64,000 nt of DNA from Longimicrobiales bacterium (GTDB lineage Bacteria; Gemmatimonadota; Gemmatimonadetes; Longimicrobiales; Gaopeijiaceae): NCBI GenBank assembly GCA_965208935.1, contig CBDBPR010000003.1:91877-155876 (forward strand). Direction: 5' to 3'. The notes below the pieces were generated by a model. It saw only the letters and a program-made list of their open reading frames with translations. It ran no database searches and was not told the DNA's origin. Made by a program: the position numbers and the translations under genes. This document shows positions 61,978 through 64,000 of this stretch, piece by piece. Every line of letters starts with the position of its first letter. Position 1 is the first letter of the stretch.

Positions 61978-63174
61978 ATGATCATACGCCCACGAGTCCG
62001 CGGCTTCGTCTGCGTCACCACGCACCCCACCGGCTGCGCGCGCAACGTCGAGGCCCAGGTCGCCCACGCCTGGGCACGGCCCATCGCGAACCCGCCGCGT
62101 TCGGCGCTCGTCCTCGGATCCTCGACAAGCTATGGGCTGGGATCGCGGATCTCCCTCGCGTTCGGCGGCGGAGCCGCGACCTTCGGGGTCTTCTTCGACC
62201 GCGCGCCCAAAGGCCGGCGGCCGGGCACCGCGGGCTGGTACAACACCGCCGCTTTCGAGACAGCCGCAGCGCGCGCCGGGCAGAAGTCCGCCTGCTACAA
62301 CGGGGACGCGTTCTCCCACGAGGCCAGGGAGCGCGTGGTCGCCGCGCTCAAACGCGATTTCCCCCCGGTGGACTGCGTGGTCAATTCGATCGCCGCCCCC
62401 CGGCGGACCCATCCCGACACGGGTGAACGGTTCACCTCGGTGCTGAAGCCGATCGGCGAGACCTACCGCTCGCGCACGCTCAACACCGACCGCCGCGAGG
62501 TGACGGACGTCGAACTGGCCCCGGCCACCCAGGACGAGGTGGACGCGACCGTCGCGGTGATGGGCGGCGAGGACTGGCGGCTCTGGATGGACGCGCTCGC
62601 CGAGGGCGGGGTGCTCGCTCCGGACTGCCGGACATTCGCGTACAGCTACATCGGACCCGAGCTGACGTGGCCCATCTACCGCGACGGAGCGATCGGCCGG
62701 GCCAAGGCCGACCTGCACCGAACCGCCCGTGAACTCGACGCGAGGCTTGCCGCGGGCGGCGGAAGCGCGCACATCGCGGTCATGAAGGCGGTGGTGACCC
62801 AGGCGAGCGCGGCGATTCCGGTCGTGCCCCTGTACGTGTCCATCCTGTACAGGATCATGAAGGAGAACCAGGATCACGAGGGACCCATGGAGCAGGCGCA
62901 CCGTCTGTACGGCGGCAAGGTGTATGGTGCCGGGGGAATACAGACCGACGGCGACGGCTTCATCCGTCTCGACGACCTGGAAATGAAGCCGGAAACGCAA
63001 GCCGAGGTGATGCGCGTGTGGGATTCCATCTCGACCGAGAGCCTCGACCGCGATGCCGACTTCGAAGGGTACCGCACCGCGTTCCTGCAGCTGTTCGGCT
63101 TCGAGGTGCCGGGGGTGGACTACGCCGCCGACGTCGATCCGCTGATGGACATCCCGACGCTGATCAACGCATGA
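61978..63174 (+). CDS. fabV: Trans-2-enoyl-CoA/ACP reductase FabV
   Basis: MIIRPRVRGFVCVTTHPTGCARNVEAQV, LVLGSSTSYGLGSRI, YSYIGPELTWPIY, and KAVVTQASAAIPVVPLY. Confidence 0.9.
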   Translation: MIIRPRVRGFVCVTTHPTGCARNVEAQVAHAWARPIANPPRSALVLGSSTSYGLGSRISLAFGGGAATFGVFFDRAPKGRRPGTAGWYNTAAFETAAARAGQKSACYNGDAFSHEARERVVAALKRDFPPVDCVVNSIAAPRRTHPDTGERFTSVLKPIGETYRSRTLNTDRREVTDVELAPATQDEVDATVAVMGGEDWRLWMDALAEGGVLAPDCRTFAYSYIGPELTWPIYRDGAIGRAKADLHRTARELDARLAAGGGSAHIAVMKAVVTQASAAIPVVPLYVSILYRIMKENQDHEGPMEQAHRLYGGKVYGAGGIQTDGDGFIRLDDLEMKPETQAEVMRVWDSISTESLDRDADFEGYRTAFLQLFGFEVPGVDYAADVDPLMDIPTLINA

Positions 63175-63803
63175 AGCCGACCGGCGAAGAACTCCGCGAT
63201 CTCGCCCGGCGCGACCCCGTCCTGGGAGCGGTCATGCGCCGCCTGCCGCCCTTCCCGGGCTTCCCGATGGGGGTGCTCGCGCGCGGGTCGCACTTTCAGG
63301 CCATCGCCCGGTCGATCGCCTTCCAGCAACTCGCCACCGCGGCCGCGAACACGATCTACTCGCGGGTCTGCGCGCTGACTCCCGGCCCGCGCTTCCCCAC
63401 TGTCGAGGAGTGTCTCGAGCTGTCCGACGAAGCGTTCCGCAGCGCGGGGTTCTCGGCCCCGAAGACCCGGGCGGTCAAGGATCTGGCGACCCGGTGCAAG
63501 GACGGCTCGGTGCGTCTGCGGAGCGTATCGCGGATGACGGACGACGAAATCGTGCAGATGCTCTCGTCCGTGTGGGGCGTCGGTGAGTGGACCGCGCAGA
63601 TGTTCCTGATCTTTCGGCTCGGCCGCCTCGACGTGATGCCCGTGGGCGATCTGGGTGTCCGTGAGGGCGCGCGCCTTCTCGACGGGCTGGACGAGCGCCC
63701 CGGTCCGGCCGCGGTCCTCGAACGCGCCGAGGTATGGCGGCCGCTGCGCTCGGTGGCGACCTGGATCCTCTATCGACTGTGCGACGAGGCGAAGAATGGG
63801 TAG
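63171..63803 (+). CDS. DNA-3-methyladenine glycosylase II family (HhH-GPD, AlkA/Mag-like)
   Basis: HhH motif LSSVWGVGEWTAQMFLIF and the catalytic Asp context MPVGDLGVREG. ATGA overlap with the fabV stop. Confidence 0.8.
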   Translation: MKPTGEELRDLARRDPVLGAVMRRLPPFPGFPMGVLARGSHFQAIARSIAFQQLATAAANTIYSRVCALTPGPRFPTVEECLELSDEAFRSAGFSAPKTRAVKDLATRCKDGSVRLRSVSRMTDDEIVQMLSSVWGVGEWTAQMFLIFRLGRLDVMPVGDLGVREGARLLDGLDERPGPAAVLERAEVWRPLRSVATWILYRLCDEAKNG

Positions 63804-64000
63804 CCGGCCGGCACCCCGGTCGACGGTCCGTCTGGACACGCCGCTCGGTCCGATGAGCGCGGGCGCGACGCACGAGGGAGTCTGCCTTCTCGAGTTCGCG
63901 GACGGGGAAGCGGCACCTGGCGACGTGCTTCACGACGGCCAGGCCGCGCGGCACCTGAAAGCGCTCGAGACCCAGCTGGCGGAGTACTTCTCTGGCGCGC
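63795..64000 (+). CDS. Methylated-DNA--protein-cysteine methyltransferase, N-terminal part (partial, runs off the window)
   Basis: The ATG at 63795 overlaps the upstream stop. RLDTPLGPMSAGATHEGVCLLEFAD...LKALETQLAEYFSG is the typical MGMT N-domain pattern. The active site PCHRV would lie beyond the window. Confidence 0.55.

Overview
This is a 64 kb window of high-GC bacterial chromosome, about 65-70% GC from hand-counted lines, with a 37.8-41.1 kb patch nearer 52-58%. I call about 60 protein-coding genes. By eye I found no rRNA, tRNA or CRISPR array. All family names come from motif recognition only, since no searches were run. Most genes are ordinary. They include peptide and D-amino-acid scavenging enzymes (two D-aminoacylases, two M20 peptidases, GGT, an S9 peptidase), P450, PPK2 and NudC. 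There is also a tight 8-gene minus-strand cluster joining a molybdopterin oxidoreductase set, a SulP transporter and a cobalt nitrile hydratase, and a DNA-repair neighbourhood (xthA, Fpg/Nei, AlkA-like, partial MGMT) with fabV. The best candidate for something undescribed is a ~300-nt repeat family present in four copies (6891-7190 +, 7799-8110 -, 42571-42872 +, 43900-44175 -). Its stems vary between copies while keeping base pairing. The copies form inverted pairs around two unrelated small outer-membrane-protein genes, and each pair sits just upstream of one of two paralogous tyrosine integrases (8326-9486 and 45445-46605). The two modules lie in direct orientation 35.7 kb apart. Other notable items are: a 1883-aa lipoprotein built from a duplicated plant-type LRR plus metzincin module; a divergent pair of 'small acidic Cys-rich secreted peptide (CX3CH...CX4C) + 6-bladed beta-propeller lipoprotein' units, one peptide decayed; a DUF222-HNH gene bracketed by ~50-bp inverted repeats beside integrase 2; a frameshifted wHTH gene; and several palindromic operator-like sites. 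Many long ORFs in the supplied track are high-GC antisense or out-of-frame artefacts and were not called.
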